Shown here piece by piece: positions 42,701 through 54,122 of a stretch of DNA of 64,000 nt (positions within the stretch are counted from its first letter, which is position 1; the number at the start of each line of letters is the position of its first letter). The notes beneath the pieces are model-generated. The model worked only from the letters and a program-made list of their open reading frames with translations. It ran no database searches and was not told the origin of the DNA. Origin of the DNA: Kudoa neothunni (lineage: Eukaryota; Animalia; Cnidaria); contig OZ199838.1 in assembly GCA_964304625.1 (NCBI GenBank), positions 6,993,731 through 7,057,730 on the forward strand, given 5' to 3'. The position numbers and the translations under genes were made by a program.

Positions 42701-45069
42701 GCAAAGGGGTGCGAATTTCTATTTGTCAAAAAATAGGGGTGTGAGTCCAATTTTAGCTGGGAAGCGTTGCAATACAGGGTATTAGCGCAAGCGCGTTACG
42801 TACAAAAAACAATAATTTATTGGGGTTCAAAGTAACTGGTAATTTCAATTTAATTGCGCCATTTTCGGATAATTTTAGATATGAACTCCATAACTGTGTT
42901 TTGAAAATAATGCTGCCGAGTTTTCTAACATAAAAATTTCCTGATTAAATTAATCGATCGTTTGAGTTCCGCAGTTGACACAAGCGCTTCATCTTTTATA
43001 AAAGTTGGATCGAAATTTTCTTGAAATTTATCAACTTTATACGCTTCAGGTAAAGCTATTGATTCCTCACTTATTTTTCCCTCTTCTTCAATATTGTTAG
43101 TTTCGTCATATTTTTATTTAAAAATTTAAGTTGAGAAAGAATTAAATAGTATGACGAAATTTTCAATATTATTTTCAGAAAAATCTTAAGATAAGTTTTC
43201 ATTATCTATTAATTCATCTTTAGGTTGGTATATTGTAGTATCAGAGTACAATGTTCAAAAATTCTAGATTTTCTAAATCACTATTAAATTATCTATATTT
43301 ATTACGTTACACTCTTCGTATCGTAGTGAAATTTTTGGGAATTTTACCAAAAAATTCATCATAGTTCGATTATTCACATTGTTGGTTTCACCATGAAATT
43401 TTTTTAAAATTAATTCCAAATTTATTTTTAAATTCGACGAACCAACCGTTACTATCGGTGAATTTGTCAATACCTATGGATTTAGCGATACTTTTTGTCT
43501 TTTCAACAATTATGTAAGCAGGAACAACCTTTTTTCATTTCGCATTTTAATTATTCATCTATAGAATAAATTAACTAACCCCGTGCACTTGTCTTCTTTT
43601 ATTTTTTTTTTTGAAGCCGAAATAATAGAATTAATAATATCATATTGAGAAGCTAAAATTCTATCAATTGTAGAATGCCTTGAATATATGTTATATTGGG
43701 ATTAGATAATTTTATATTATTATAAGGCTTGGGACGTTTAAAAATCATTACTTTTTCTCCTCTGAATAATTCAATCGAATTATAGTATTCGATTATTTCA
43801 GTTTTTTCAGCCACTGTTCTCTAATTCCTTGCCATTTCTGTTTTGCAGAATTCGAAAAGAAGATTAATTGAGGATTAGACTGAACGAAATGTTACGTTGT
43901 AGCGAGATTTTAGTTTTTACGGGCTATCTTAAATGTATACTTCTTTAGTAAAACATTTTTATCTTTGTTTGCTCAAATAACATTAATTTAAATAATTCTG
44001 AAGCAAAGTTTTGATAAAAAATTTGAAATACCCTTTATATTTTAATAAACTTGTGAAATTACGTAATATCTAGGTTCGACTGTATATAAAATGTTATTTA
44101 ACAAAAATGGTTGTATTTATTTCTAAAAGTAGGCTTAAAGTTAGAAAAATTATTTAACATTACATGGAGTATAAGAACAAAGTAAAAATAACCGATTTTT
44201 GCCAAATTAAAATATTCCAATAATAATCAAAGAATAATTGAATTTTGAGAATACGTATGCGCCATAAAAGTACATATTATCCAGAACATCATATCTGTTA
44301 AGTGAGCATCGGGGAAATCATGTGCAACTCAAAATCAACCAACAAATAGAGTACGAATAAAAAATTTTTACCGTAGAATAAAAATTCCATCCAGTATTAT
44401 TTTTAAAAATAGGTTTATACAGAGGCGAAATTAAAGAACCAGCTACGATAAAACGCCCAGACTCACCAGTGAATTTTAAGAAACAGCTAACTTTATAAAA
44501 TCTTATTTTCGATAAATAAAAAAGAGCTTTACATATTAATAGAATCAGTTTTGTAATATCTTAGCGATTCTAGGAAATATCCTTTACCGTAAGAATAACC
44601 TGTGCCGAAGGAGGGATTAAACGGATCCGTACGAATAACCGCTGCCATGTAAGACAAATTTTGTTATATTTTTCTAGATTGGCTAAGAAAGCAAGCAATT
44701 ATGACAACATTATAGATTCTTTTGATAAGAGCTATTCAAATTATCGACATGGGTCAATGTATGCCAGCCCCAAGTTGCAAAATGGTTACAATTTTACGGA
44801 ATTAGTTAATATAACGACAGTTTTGTTTATAAATACAAAAGTGTCTATAAAATATAGTTGGGATATATTAACTACGTATGTGTTGATTGGGTTTCTTAAT
44901 TTATATTATGAATAGACGATTCAAGTTGTGGAAGTTGGACATACGAGGTTTTTTCCACGGAACAACGAGACTTTGGTTCAATAACCGCCATTATATTCTC
45001 GTAATGTATCCGGTATCAAAATATTCGTCATTGAAACCAGAAAACATTCTCCCACTCCCACCGATTTGA
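33732..45069 (+). CDS. POMGnT1-like GT13 glycosyltransferase, copy 2, multi-exon with one 9.1-kb intron
   Basis: Same exon structure and motifs as copy 1, with IIILEDDLEVAPDF. ATG at 33732, then membrane segment KFLILISIFATIMLIRR. The last two exons at 44678-45069 match copy 1 at 29815-30207. Confidence 0.88.
36192..38730 (-). mobile_element. Decayed Mutator-like element (MULE) nested in the larger related element
   Basis: TIRs longer than 100 bp starting GGCA. Perfect 9-bp TSD tttttgaga (36183-36191 and 38731-38739). The minus-strand remnant LLMDEIYKLFNSR*LLIQIFGINP at about 37220-37295 resembles the first-Asp region of the MULE DDE domain. Confidence 0.8.
42545..44082. mobile_element. pogo/Tigger-like element nested in the MULE-like element
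   Basis: TA-flanked TIRs: caatcgaacctggatattgcgtaattt and aaattacgtaatatctaggttcgactg. Confidence 0.8.
42603..42769. mobile_element. 167-bp hAT MITE nested in the Tigger-like element
   Basis: Termini caggggctcccaact and agctgggaagcgttg. Perfect 8-bp TSD caatacag (42595-42602 and 42770-42777). Internal ggtgcga repeats. Confidence 0.8.
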
Positions 45070-46227
45070 TTTAGTTGTTGATTTGTGCATTTGTTTTACT
45101 TATTTCATCGGGTTGTAACACATTTGTTTTTGTCGCTATTTAAGCACTAATGAATGGTATGATTTATAATAATGACTGTGAATATTATAAAAGAGGAAGA
45201 AACGAGATATATATTTTGTACGTTCAAATTTTCGCATGTAAGTCTATAAAATACTTAAATAAGTATTAAAATATGTGGAAAAATACCCAACCATGGATTC
45301 CAGTTCTTTGTCTTGAGATATATTTATAAAAATTGATAGTGTTTCTTTGTGTATTATTTCTATAGTTGATGTCTTTAACCCTCTAAGATCATAAAAACGA
45401 CTTACCTCCAACGATCATTTGGGGTCGAATCGACCCCACATTTTTATTTTATTTTCCGTTACTAAAAAATATTTTCTTTCGGATTATAAAATATGTAAAA
45501 AATCTATCGAGGAAGTTTTGAGTAAATTAAAGTTTATTAACCCATTGATCTTCGATAATCCGTAAATGTACGGATTCAGACAACTTCGCTACATATCGTT
45601 AATATTACATACTGGGGAAACGGCGGCTACATTGTGAAATGAGATCCATCTATACAAACTAATTTTATGATGCTAGTTATTACAATTTTAGCGAAATTTT
45701 CTAAAATTAAAACAAACAATAAAGGTAGCTTTATGACTTGGTGCACTCGAAAAAATAACGCATTCGAACGTTCAACCATAACATAAGACTACCTACGTAA
45801 TATATTATTTCGCTTGGTTTATCTTTATTCAATTTTGAAACACTTAATGAAACGTCTAACTAACTGGTCAAAGCAAAAATGGCGATTATACAATCCGCAA
45901 ATAACAACAATCAAGCGTTGATTTTACTCTCAACGTCGTATGGATTATTGAGCGCGACGGAGAGTTCAAAAAAAAATTTTCCGCGCTTGTTGTTGATGTA
46001 GATCTTTTTGTACGATTCTGAAATGACCCGTATTTGCCAATAAATGAATTATCGTATATGCTCAGATCGTAGTCATCAGTTTCTTGAGAGATCCTATATT
46101 ATAACATCCTCATATTCACCACCAGAAGACTAATCGTATGGAATAAAAAATTAAATTTAGAATTCACGGATGTTATCCTGATACTAAATTATTACTTAAG
46201 GAAAAAAATATTTTATATTATCCAATG

Positions 46228-46415
46228 CAGTGGTGGGCAAAGTGCGGCCCGCGGACGAGTTTAGAAGGCTGAAAAATTGCGCGAGCATACACTATTTTCA
46301 CAAGGCACCGGCTGTTACCTATTATTACGGGAGGGAATAACTCCAAATCTAAGAACCCAGTTAAAATTTTAAATTCACATTTGTAATTAATGATTTTTGG
46401 CCTAACATAATTATT
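46228..46415 (+). repeat. Orphan hAT terminus followed by an orphan MULE TIR fragment
   Basis: cagtggtgggcaaagtgcggcccgcgg (hAT-like end) at 46228. ggcac...gggaataactccaaatctaagaacccagttaaaattttaaattcacatttgtaattaatg from 46304 matches the TIRs of 36192-38730. Confidence 0.65.
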
Positions 46416-46954
46416 TTGAAGAACATTTGAGCTATTGAAATTTCTGATATTGTGACTATAAATTTCGTGTTTTATGTTTTCTATGAGTAATGTTAAATAA
46501 ATATTTTAATTTTTCACTAATAAAGGTTTCTATAAATAAAAAAACAAAATACCAGACACTGTGTTTTATGTATAAACACGTCCACCCTATTACCTCTGAT
46601 TGTACCTAATACGTTAAATTTTTCGAATGTTTGGGGTCCAATGGATCCCAACCCAAATTCTGAGAAATCTACTACTTGTTCAATAAGTTTTATTTAGTGA
46701 AATATGGCTTTATTCTTCCGATATGTTACGAAGAAAAAAAAAGGTTTGATAATTTAAAAAGAACTCCCAAAATATTTTTTAGAAACCTAGCTGTTTTGGG
46801 GTCCAGGCAGACCCCAGGTTTTTATTTCATTAAAACACGTATAAAATCGTATAGAATTAAATACTGCATTATTAGAAAATTTGGTCGAGTGGATATTGAT
46901 ACAAACATGATTTTATGGCCGTCGACCATCTCTGGTAATCAGCGATCCCAGCCG

Positions 46955-48490
46955 ATGCACAAAATGGATAACTTATTTATTGAATTTCCATCAAGTGAAG
47001 AATCAAATTGCAGTGAAATAGACGATAATGTAGAAGATAATTTTCCCTCTACTAATTGTGAAAGCGCTGATGAGTTTGAGTCGATTGATATGTACAAGGA
47101 TAAAAACAATGTTGTATGATCTCCTGATATTCCCTCAAATATCAAAACAACAAAAGAACATATTTTAAATAAGGCCTCAGGTGTTACCGCATTCTCCTCG
47201 TCAGGAATCTGTTTCATAATAGATTGTTTTTCGTTATTTTTTGATGACGAATTGTATAAAATCATTATTGCTAATACAAACAAATTTGGGTCCTTCCATC
47301 ACAGACATAAATGGAACGAACAAACTTTAGTTGAAATGAAAGCGTACATGGGAATTCTTGTATAAGTGTGTGATTTTAAATCCAAGATGGAATCCCTCAA
47401 ACAATTGTGGAACTTGAATAAAGGACGAGATATTCTTAGAAAGATTTAAACAAATTAATAGATGTATTCACTTTAATGATTTTGAGACTAGGACCGTACG
47501 GCTTGAAAATGATAAGTTTTGTCCAATAACTGATATCTTTAATAAATGGAGAAGCATTCTTCCAATGTGTTTAACCCCCTCCGAAAGTCTTAGTATCGAT
47601 GAGCAGCTGGTAGCATTTCGTGGTAGGTTCCCATTTAAACAGTATATGTCATCTGAGCCTGCAGTTTATGGCAAAGTTTTTTCTATTAACTTATCCACAC
47701 ACCAATTATACCCATAATATTTCCATCTATCTGGGTAAAACTACTAATGAGGTTAATAAGAATGTGGGAGAAAAGGTTGTCTTAGAGTTGTCGTCATATC
47801 TAAAAGGATCTGATAGAAATATAATACGCGATAATTTCTTTACGTCGATCGGATTGGCTGACAAACTTCTTGATCTTGGATTAACAATGCTTGGAACTCT
47901 TCGTCACAATAAAATGGAAATTCCGCCGATTATGAAGCCGAACAAAATGAGGGAAGTCTAGTTCGATTTTTGTTTATCACAAGAAAAAGATAATGTTATC
48001 CTATGTGCCAAAAAAGAACAGGGATATCATTTTGTTGGCTTTTTCATCAAACAATGTTAAGTTGCATCCGGATCATACTAAAAAACCTGAGGTTATACTT
48101 TATTATAACAAAACCAAAGATGGCGTAAACACGGTGGATCGTATTCTATCTATCTCGAGTGTAAAATGATATATAAAAATATGGCCGATGCTAATTTTTT
48201 ACAATATGATTGACTTAAGTTTGGTCAAATCGTTTTACTTGTATGAAATTATATTTAATAAGCCTAACTTCTCGAGAACCAAATATCTAGAAGAGTTAGC
48301 TGATTTATTAGTGAAACCTTTTCTCAATGATGATCTTACTATTTCGAATAATGAAAGCTTCATTTCTAAAGCTAAAAAGGCGTAAACTATGTATGCGAGA
48401 TTCGGATAGAAAAACAAAATCAATGTGTTTTTGATGTTCAAAATATTGTTGCAACAGTCACTCTGACATTATTTGTTGCAACTGCGTAAT
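46955..48490 (+). pseudogene. Frameshifted piggyBac (PGBD4-like) transposase
   Basis: Fragments SIDEQLVAFRGRFPFKQY, RNIIRDNFFTSIGLADKLL, YNKTKDGV and WPMLIFYNMID. Multiple stops. Confidence 0.9.
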
Positions 48491-49099
48491 AAAATACGAA
48501 AATTGGTTATTCATCTGATATTAGGTATTGTTTTATTTATCACTGGACTTGTTCCTTCTAACATCAGAATATTTTAATTAATTCAATGATATGAAGTTAG
48601 ACTATATTTATATTGATAAGAGGTTATATATTTCAATTAATGGATTTATCACCCATCTTAAAAATTATATCTTAAAGACATTGTTAATTTTTTATTCTAC
48701 TAAAAAATTATAAATGATGTAATAATTTGTAATATACAATAATGGAAAATATAATATTAGTATCCTGCATTTTAAACATTATAACAGGTCTGAGATACCT
48801 CAAATCATAAAATAATGCACAGAATAATTTAAATTTGTGGTTTGGGATGTAGTTATCCAATTTTAATCAAACTTAAAATCTAAATGGAGCTAACTATTTA
48901 CTCGAGTTGGATCAGCAATCTTCGCATTAACGTCTTTGTTCATTTCCTCTCTATCTAGTCGATAAATTTATTTTTTAATTCAAACAAGAATATTCTATAG
49001 TTTCATCTTTAAAAACATGAACGAAAATAAGTAGGGTCTTCCTGGACCTCAAAACGGCTGGGCGTATAGTCGATTTTAGCATTCTCGGAGGGTTAAACC

Positions 49100-49400
49100 C
49101 TTTAAACCTTCCACTGTTAAAATGATCGCTATTATTGTTAGAATCTTTTTGAATGAATTTCTCGTCATTGTAACGATATTATCAGTGCAAATGAACCACC
49201 ATTCACACTTACTAAAAATATCCATTTATAGATTTTGTTCTCAACATCATGATTGAGGTCTGATTTAAAGTTTTTCGATAATTTATCAAAGGTCCTAAAC
49301 CTCCTAATTTAACAATTACATCTCACATTAGAATCCCATTCAATGTTGACATTCTTTTTCAGGCCATATTTACCCGTAGTCATTTTTTTAAATTTCTTAA
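49100..49400 (-). pseudogene. Tigger/CENP-B HTH transposase remnant
   Basis: Minus-strand fragments MSTLNGIL and HDVENKIYKWIF resemble those of the 7752-8711 element. Confidence 0.4.
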
Positions 49401-50268
49401 CTCGTCTACTGAATCTTAACATTGAATTATCTTATATTTCTCAGAAAAGCTTTGGTAATTTCGCGGTTAAATAAAATCTATTTAACCGCGATAGTGCACG
49501 AAGCATGCAAAGTGTACTTTCAGGTACAATTCCATTACGTAAGATCTATATTTTTTATTTATATCATAATTAAGGGTATTCCCTTTATTATAAGTAAGAA
49601 TTAGAAAATTCAAATTTAGTTTTGTGTAAAAAAATGGAGATTACGTACGAGCCCTGTTGCATTGTATACCAAAAAATTATATTAACTAAACATTATATTT
49701 TCACAAGATAATTTATAGTCAAATTCCTATTTCACATATTGAGCTACGAATAAATTAATTTTTTCAGTTTGGAAAGTATACCATCATTATATAGAACTCG
49801 TAAACTCACTTTTTGGTCAAATAGTTTTGCAACAAAATAGTGTCAATGAATGTAAGTAAAAAATTTGGCAAAATATATGAAGAATAAGGACATTCAAAAG
49901 TTTTTGTAAATTAACGAGAGATTACACATGGGAGCGATTTTTCTCGAAATTAGAGTTACTTAAAATTACGAAATAATTTGTTGAGACTGGATTTTCACCC
50001 TTCGTGTTTATATTTTTTATTAAAAAGAATCATAAAATAAGGAAATGCGCGAAAGAGTGTCTATAAATTGCCACAGACTCCATAATAACCAAAAATTAAT
50101 ACATTTCAAATTTTATGTAAAATTTAGTTTGTTAAACATAAAGTGAAGTATAAAATATAAGTGAAATACATGCCATATTTCTGGAAAAATATCGTCGAAG
50201 ATATCCATTTCCTTTGATAACATAAAAATTATTTGTTTTTGATATTCGAATACATTAAAAAAACTTCC

Positions 50269-50354
50269 TGTTAATGCCACCATAAACGCTCATTTTATAA
50301 ACTACTGAAACACGTAACTATGCATATGGATTAAAGTATATCTAGAACTTAACA
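50269..50354 (-). repeat. 3' LTR (86 bp)
   Basis: Direct repeat of 54098-54183 with TG...CA ends, adjacent to the PPT. Confidence 0.95.
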
Positions 50355-50366
50355 CTTTTCCCCTTC
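50355..50366 (-). other. Polypurine tract
   Basis: GAAGGGGAAAAG on the minus strand immediately before the 3' LTR. Confidence 0.9.
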
Positions 50367-50378
50367 AATTTTTTGGCT

Positions 50379-53300
50379 TTATAGGTTGATAAAAGGATCC
50401 AATAATTTCTCATTCCTAGCCTTGTATGGTTTCATTTTATCAAAATTTGTGACGAATTGCTTTCCATTTTTTTCGAGGCGATAAGTAGAATTTGTTATTC
50501 TCTGCTTCACTGTATACGGCCCGTCGAAAAATGGATCGAGTTTATTTTTCCTGACTGGAATTTGGACCCATACCATTTCCCCAGGTTTGTAAGGATTTCC
50601 ATAGGCTTTCTTGTTGTATCGGTTTTTCGTTTTTTCCAGTGACAGCTCCATATTCTCTTTTGCCAAATTGTATGCCATCGTAAGATTTGATTTTAAATTT
50701 TTTACATAACCGTCAAGCGTTTGCAAGGTACTTCCAGTTTCAAAAACAATTTCGATCGCCGATTTAACCTCTCGTCCCATCATAAGGAAATTTGGAGAAT
50801 ACTTCGAAGAACTATGAGGCGCCGAACGATACGCCATCATAACCAACGGTAGCAAAGAATCCCATTCCGCATGTCGATCAACAACCTTGCTTAACATATC
50901 AATTATGGTACGATTCAGTCTCTCTACCATGCCGTCTGACTTAGGATTGTATGGGCATGTACGCGTCTTTCTTATTCCAAGCAGTTCACATGTTTGCTTA
51001 AAAATTGCAGACTCAAAATTGCTCCCTTGGTCGCTGTGAAGTGTATGAGGAAGTCCAAATCTACTAAACACATGCTTTACCAGTTTTTGTGATATCGTCA
51101 TGGTTTCTTGGTTTTTGATGGCAAACGCTTCTGCCCATTTAGTGAAGTAATCCTGAATAACTACAATATAGCGATTCCCATTATTAGTCACTCGGAGCGG
51201 TCCAACAACATCAATAGCTACTCTTTGCATAGGATAGCTACACACTTCCGTATTCAACTCAGAAACAAATTTTTTTGTTTGTCGATTCCTCGCAGCGCAC
51301 TTTGGACACGATTCACACCAATTCTTCACATCCTTCTTTTGAAATGGCCAGTAAAAATTTCGAGATACGAATTCATTCACTTTGTTGTGCCCCAAGTGTC
51401 CCGAAGTACTGCTATCATGAGCAATTTTCAAAACTTCTTTTTTCAGTCTGTCTGGTACAATCAATCTAAGTCTAGTCTCCATTGTGGTGTCGTTTCTGAA
51501 AACTCGATAGAGTATATCATTTTCGATTTTCAACATTGATCTCAACTTCCATAAAATTCTAATTTGGTCGCTCCGCTCTTTTGGTTCCACAAGAGGCATT
51601 CTATTCGTCTTCATCCAACCAATAATTTGGGATACATTTGGATCAGCCATCTGAACTCTTCGAATCAGCTCGTCAGGGAACCCCTTTACTTCGACCGCAT
51701 TGCAATTCTTTGGATTCGGAATTCGAGACAATGCATCGGCGTTCGCATGATCTTTCCCTGGTCTGTGGATTACCTCAAATTCGTACTCCGCCAAAATCTC
51801 CAACCATCTTGCAACTTGTCCTTCTGGGTTTCTGAAAGACAACAACCATTTTAAGGCGTTATGGTCGATACGAATTATGAATTTCTTTCCAGCAAGATAA
51901 TTCTTAAAAAATTTCACAAAATGCACCAGAGCCAACAATTCTTTCCGGGTCGCACAATAATTTCTTTCTCTTTGAAGTAAATTGCGACTTCCAAATGATA
52001 TTACCTTCTCTGTACCATTTATCATTTGAGACAGTACACCACCAATTGCAAGGTTACTAGCGTCTGTATCCAAAATGAATGTCTTTTCCCAATCTGGGTT
52101 GGTTAAGACCGTTGGAGACGTGATTTCCTTCTTGATTGTATTGAAGCTGATCTCACAGTCAATAGACCAGTTCCAGGGAACATCCTTTTTGAGCAATTCA
52201 TAAAGAGGGGCAGAAATTTCAGAAAATTTTTTTACAAATCTGCGATAGTAGTTGGCAAGTCCTAGGAATTTTTGAACATCCTTAACATTATTGGGAGTTG
52301 GCCACTCATTGATAACTTGAGTTTTAGACGGATCAGGGGTTATCCCCTTTTCACCAATGACGTGACCAAGAAAGTGGACCTCCTTCTTATAGAATACTGA
52401 TTTGTTTTCGTTAATTTTCAATTTTTTATCTCCCAAAACCTTCAATATCTTCTTGACGTCATCGATATGTTGATTATAGTTTTTACTAAATATTATAACG
52501 TCATCAAGATAGACCAAACATATCTTCCCAATAAAATTCTTCAAAACCGAGTTCATCATGCGTTGAAACGTGGCCGGTGCATTGCAAAGTCCGAAGGGCA
52601 TACGTTTGAATTGGTATATCTCATCAGTACCATAGAATGCTGTTTTTTCCTTATCATTTTCATCAATCAGCACCTGATGGTAGCCATCTTTGAGATCCAG
52701 AACTGAGAAGTACCTTGAACCTCCCAACATATCAAAGATATCATCTATTCTAGGCAATGGATAGGAATCCTTAATCGTTATTGCATTTAGCTTTCGGTAA
52801 TCCACACAGAGCCTAAACTTCCCGGATTTCTTTGGGACAATAACCGCATTCGAAGCCCATTCTGAGCACGACTTTTCAATAACATCATTTTCAACGAGTT
52901 CTCTAATCAACTCGTTCATTATATTTCGCTTGTGAAATGGAATTCTACGTCTTTGGTCTCTTATCGGCACTCTTGTCCCAGTATCAATATAATGATAAAT
53001 TGGCTTCTCAATTTCATCATCCTTCTTGGTGGAAATATTCGCAACCATTAAAGACTCAGAGTTAGCTTTCAATTCCAGCGTCTTTTCTCCAATTTTCACA
53101 GTCAATCCAAGTCTGTTCATCACATCGACTCCAATGATACAATCGTGTATGACATTTTCTATTACATAAAACTTATGGTTTATGCTTTTCCCTTCAACAT
53201 TTATAGGTAACACAGTAATACCCTTAACTTCCATTTCTCCACCACATGCAGATATAACTTTTTCATGGGTGATTTTAATGTGTTGCTGACCCAACAATAG

Positions 53301-54122
53301 AAATAGTTTGTGGTTTATAATACTAAGTTGCGAACCAGTGTCAAATAACGCACCCACCACAATGTTTTTAATTTGTAATTTCAGAAAAAATAGAGAGGCG
53401 TATTTAGAATTACTACACTTGGTCAAATAACAATGTTTTTTTATATGTCCAAGTTTCCCACATCCATAGCATTTAACAGGGGTTTTGATTTTAAATTTGC
53501 TTTCCAATGCATCCAGCCTTTCCAATATCATATCCTCTTTGTTCTTCCTACCAACTGCAAGAACTTCAGGAATCGGTACTTCTGATACACTCACCATTGT
53601 ATTGTTCGCCACAAACTCCAACTTCCTAGCTAGAGTAAGAGCATCTTCGAAAGATACCGGATCCTTAATCATCAAGTTTTTCTGAATTTCTTTACTCCTC
53701 ACACCATGGATGAATTGATTCTTCATCATCTTGTTGATTTGATCCATAGAAACTCCAGTGAGGGTCACAGCCGCTTTTCTACGCAACTCTTCTGCGTATT
53801 CGATAACGTTCATATTATCGGTTTGGACGCACTCGAAGAATTCTCGCTGAGAGATATAGCCATCCTTAATGGAGCCAAATCTACTAAGCAAGAATTGTTT
53901 CATTCCATTATAATCAGATGTCATTGTCCATCCAGACTCTGTCACTATCTTAAATACTATTGGTGACAATGACACTAGTAGTTCCAATGAATGCTTTTCT
54001 GGTGGAATATTTCGATGAACTAACAATAATTCAAATCGAGCACACCATGCCTCTGCATTTTTCCCATCAAACGGTTCGACAGTAGCTACTGCGCCAATGT
54101 TAATGCCACCATAAACGCTCAT
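50379..54122 (-). CDS. Gag-Pol polyprotein, 1247 aa (Gag-CCHC-PR-RT-RNase H-IN)
   Basis: Zinc knuckle CYGCGKLGHIKKHC. Protease LFDTGSQ. RT MPFGLCNAP and YLDD. RNase H TDAS and ADALSR. Integrase HHCC, DDE (IDVVGP, SDQGSNF, GMVER) and GPY. Integrase-last order indicates Ty3/Gypsy. Confidence 0.97.
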   Translation of the reverse strand: MSVYGGINIGAVATVEPFDGKNAEAWCARFELLLVHRNIPPEKHSLELLVSLSPIVFKIVTESGWTMTSDYNGMKQFLLSRFGSIKDGYISQREFFECVQTDNMNVIEYAEELRRKAAVTLTGVSMDQINKMMKNQFIHGVRSKEIQKNLMIKDPVSFEDALTLARKLEFVANNTMVSVSEVPIPEVLAVGRKNKEDMILERLDALESKFKIKTPVKCYGCGKLGHIKKHCYLTKCSNSKYASLFFLKLQIKNIVVGALFDTGSQLSIINHKLFLLLGQQHIKITHEKVISACGGEMEVKGITVLPINVEGKSINHKFYVIENVIHDCIIGVDVMNRLGLTVKIGEKTLELKANSESLMVANISTKKDDEIEKPIYHYIDTGTRVPIRDQRRRIPFHKRNIMNELIRELVENDVIEKSCSEWASNAVIVPKKSGKFRLCVDYRKLNAITIKDSYPLPRIDDIFDMLGGSRYFSVLDLKDGYHQVLIDENDKEKTAFYGTDEIYQFKRMPFGLCNAPATFQRMMNSVLKNFIGKICLVYLDDVIIFSKNYNQHIDDVKKILKVLGDKKLKINENKSVFYKKEVHFLGHVIGEKGITPDPSKTQVINEWPTPNNVKDVQKFLGLANYYRRFVKKFSEISAPLYELLKKDVPWNWSIDCEISFNTIKKEITSPTVLTNPDWEKTFILDTDASNLAIGGVLSQMINGTEKVISFGSRNLLQRERNYCATRKELLALVHFVKFFKNYLAGKKFIIRIDHNALKWLLSFRNPEGQVARWLEILAEYEFEVIHRPGKDHANADALSRIPNPKNCNAVEVKGFPDELIRRVQMADPNVSQIIGWMKTNRMPLVEPKERSDQIRILWKLRSMLKIENDILYRVFRNDTTMETRLRLIVPDRLKKEVLKIAHDSSTSGHLGHNKVNEFVSRNFYWPFQKKDVKNWCESCPKCAARNRQTKKFVSELNTEVCSYPMQRVAIDVVGPLRVTNNGNRYIVVIQDYFTKWAEAFAIKNQETMTISQKLVKHVFSRFGLPHTLHSDQGSNFESAIFKQTCELLGIRKTRTCPYNPKSDGMVERLNRTIIDMLSKVVDRHAEWDSLLPLVMMAYRSAPHSSSKYSPNFLMMGREVKSAIEIVFETGSTLQTLDGYVKNLKSNLTMAYNLAKENMELSLEKTKNRYNKKAYGNPYKPGEMVWVQIPVRKNKLDPFFDGPYTVKQRITNSTYRLEKNGKQFVTNFDKMKPYKARNEKLLDPFINL
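54086..54096 (-). other. Primer-binding site, inside the gag coding sequence
   Basis: TGGCGCAGTAG one base after the 5' LTR. TGG pairs with the tRNA CCA end. A Ser-type tRNA is the best guess and is unverified. Confidence 0.75.

Larger units (their letters stand above)
35568..44646. mobile_element. Large composite MULE-like element filling the POMGnT1 copy-2 intron
   Basis: About 90-bp imperfect TIRs: ggcactggctattcttacggatccgtataatccctcctttggcacaag..., with the reverse complement ending at 44646. The TSD is degenerate. Removing the element restores an intron similar to the 39-nt intron of copy 1. Confidence 0.8.
45379..49092 (+). mobile_element. Decayed piggyBac transposon
   Basis: TTAA|ccctct...ggaggg|TTAA ends. 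Subterminal palindromes of the ggggtc-N-gacccca type at about 45420, 46632, 46797 and 49033. Confidence 0.8.

Noticed and set aside
49100-49400. Possible host gene divergent from POLRMT and displaced by the Gypsy insertion
   Set aside because: No convincing spliced gene could be built. The peptides match Tigger/CENP-B HTH remnants.
49670-50378. Possible env or chromodomain after integrase
   Set aside because: The ORF ends 24 bp before the 3' LTR, leaving no room for env. No chromodomain motif follows the GPY module, and DNA beyond the TSD is host flank.
50457-53966. Several plus-strand ORFs of 60-143 aa overlapping the Gypsy ORF
   Set aside because: Antisense shadows of the long gag-pol frame with no recognisable domains.
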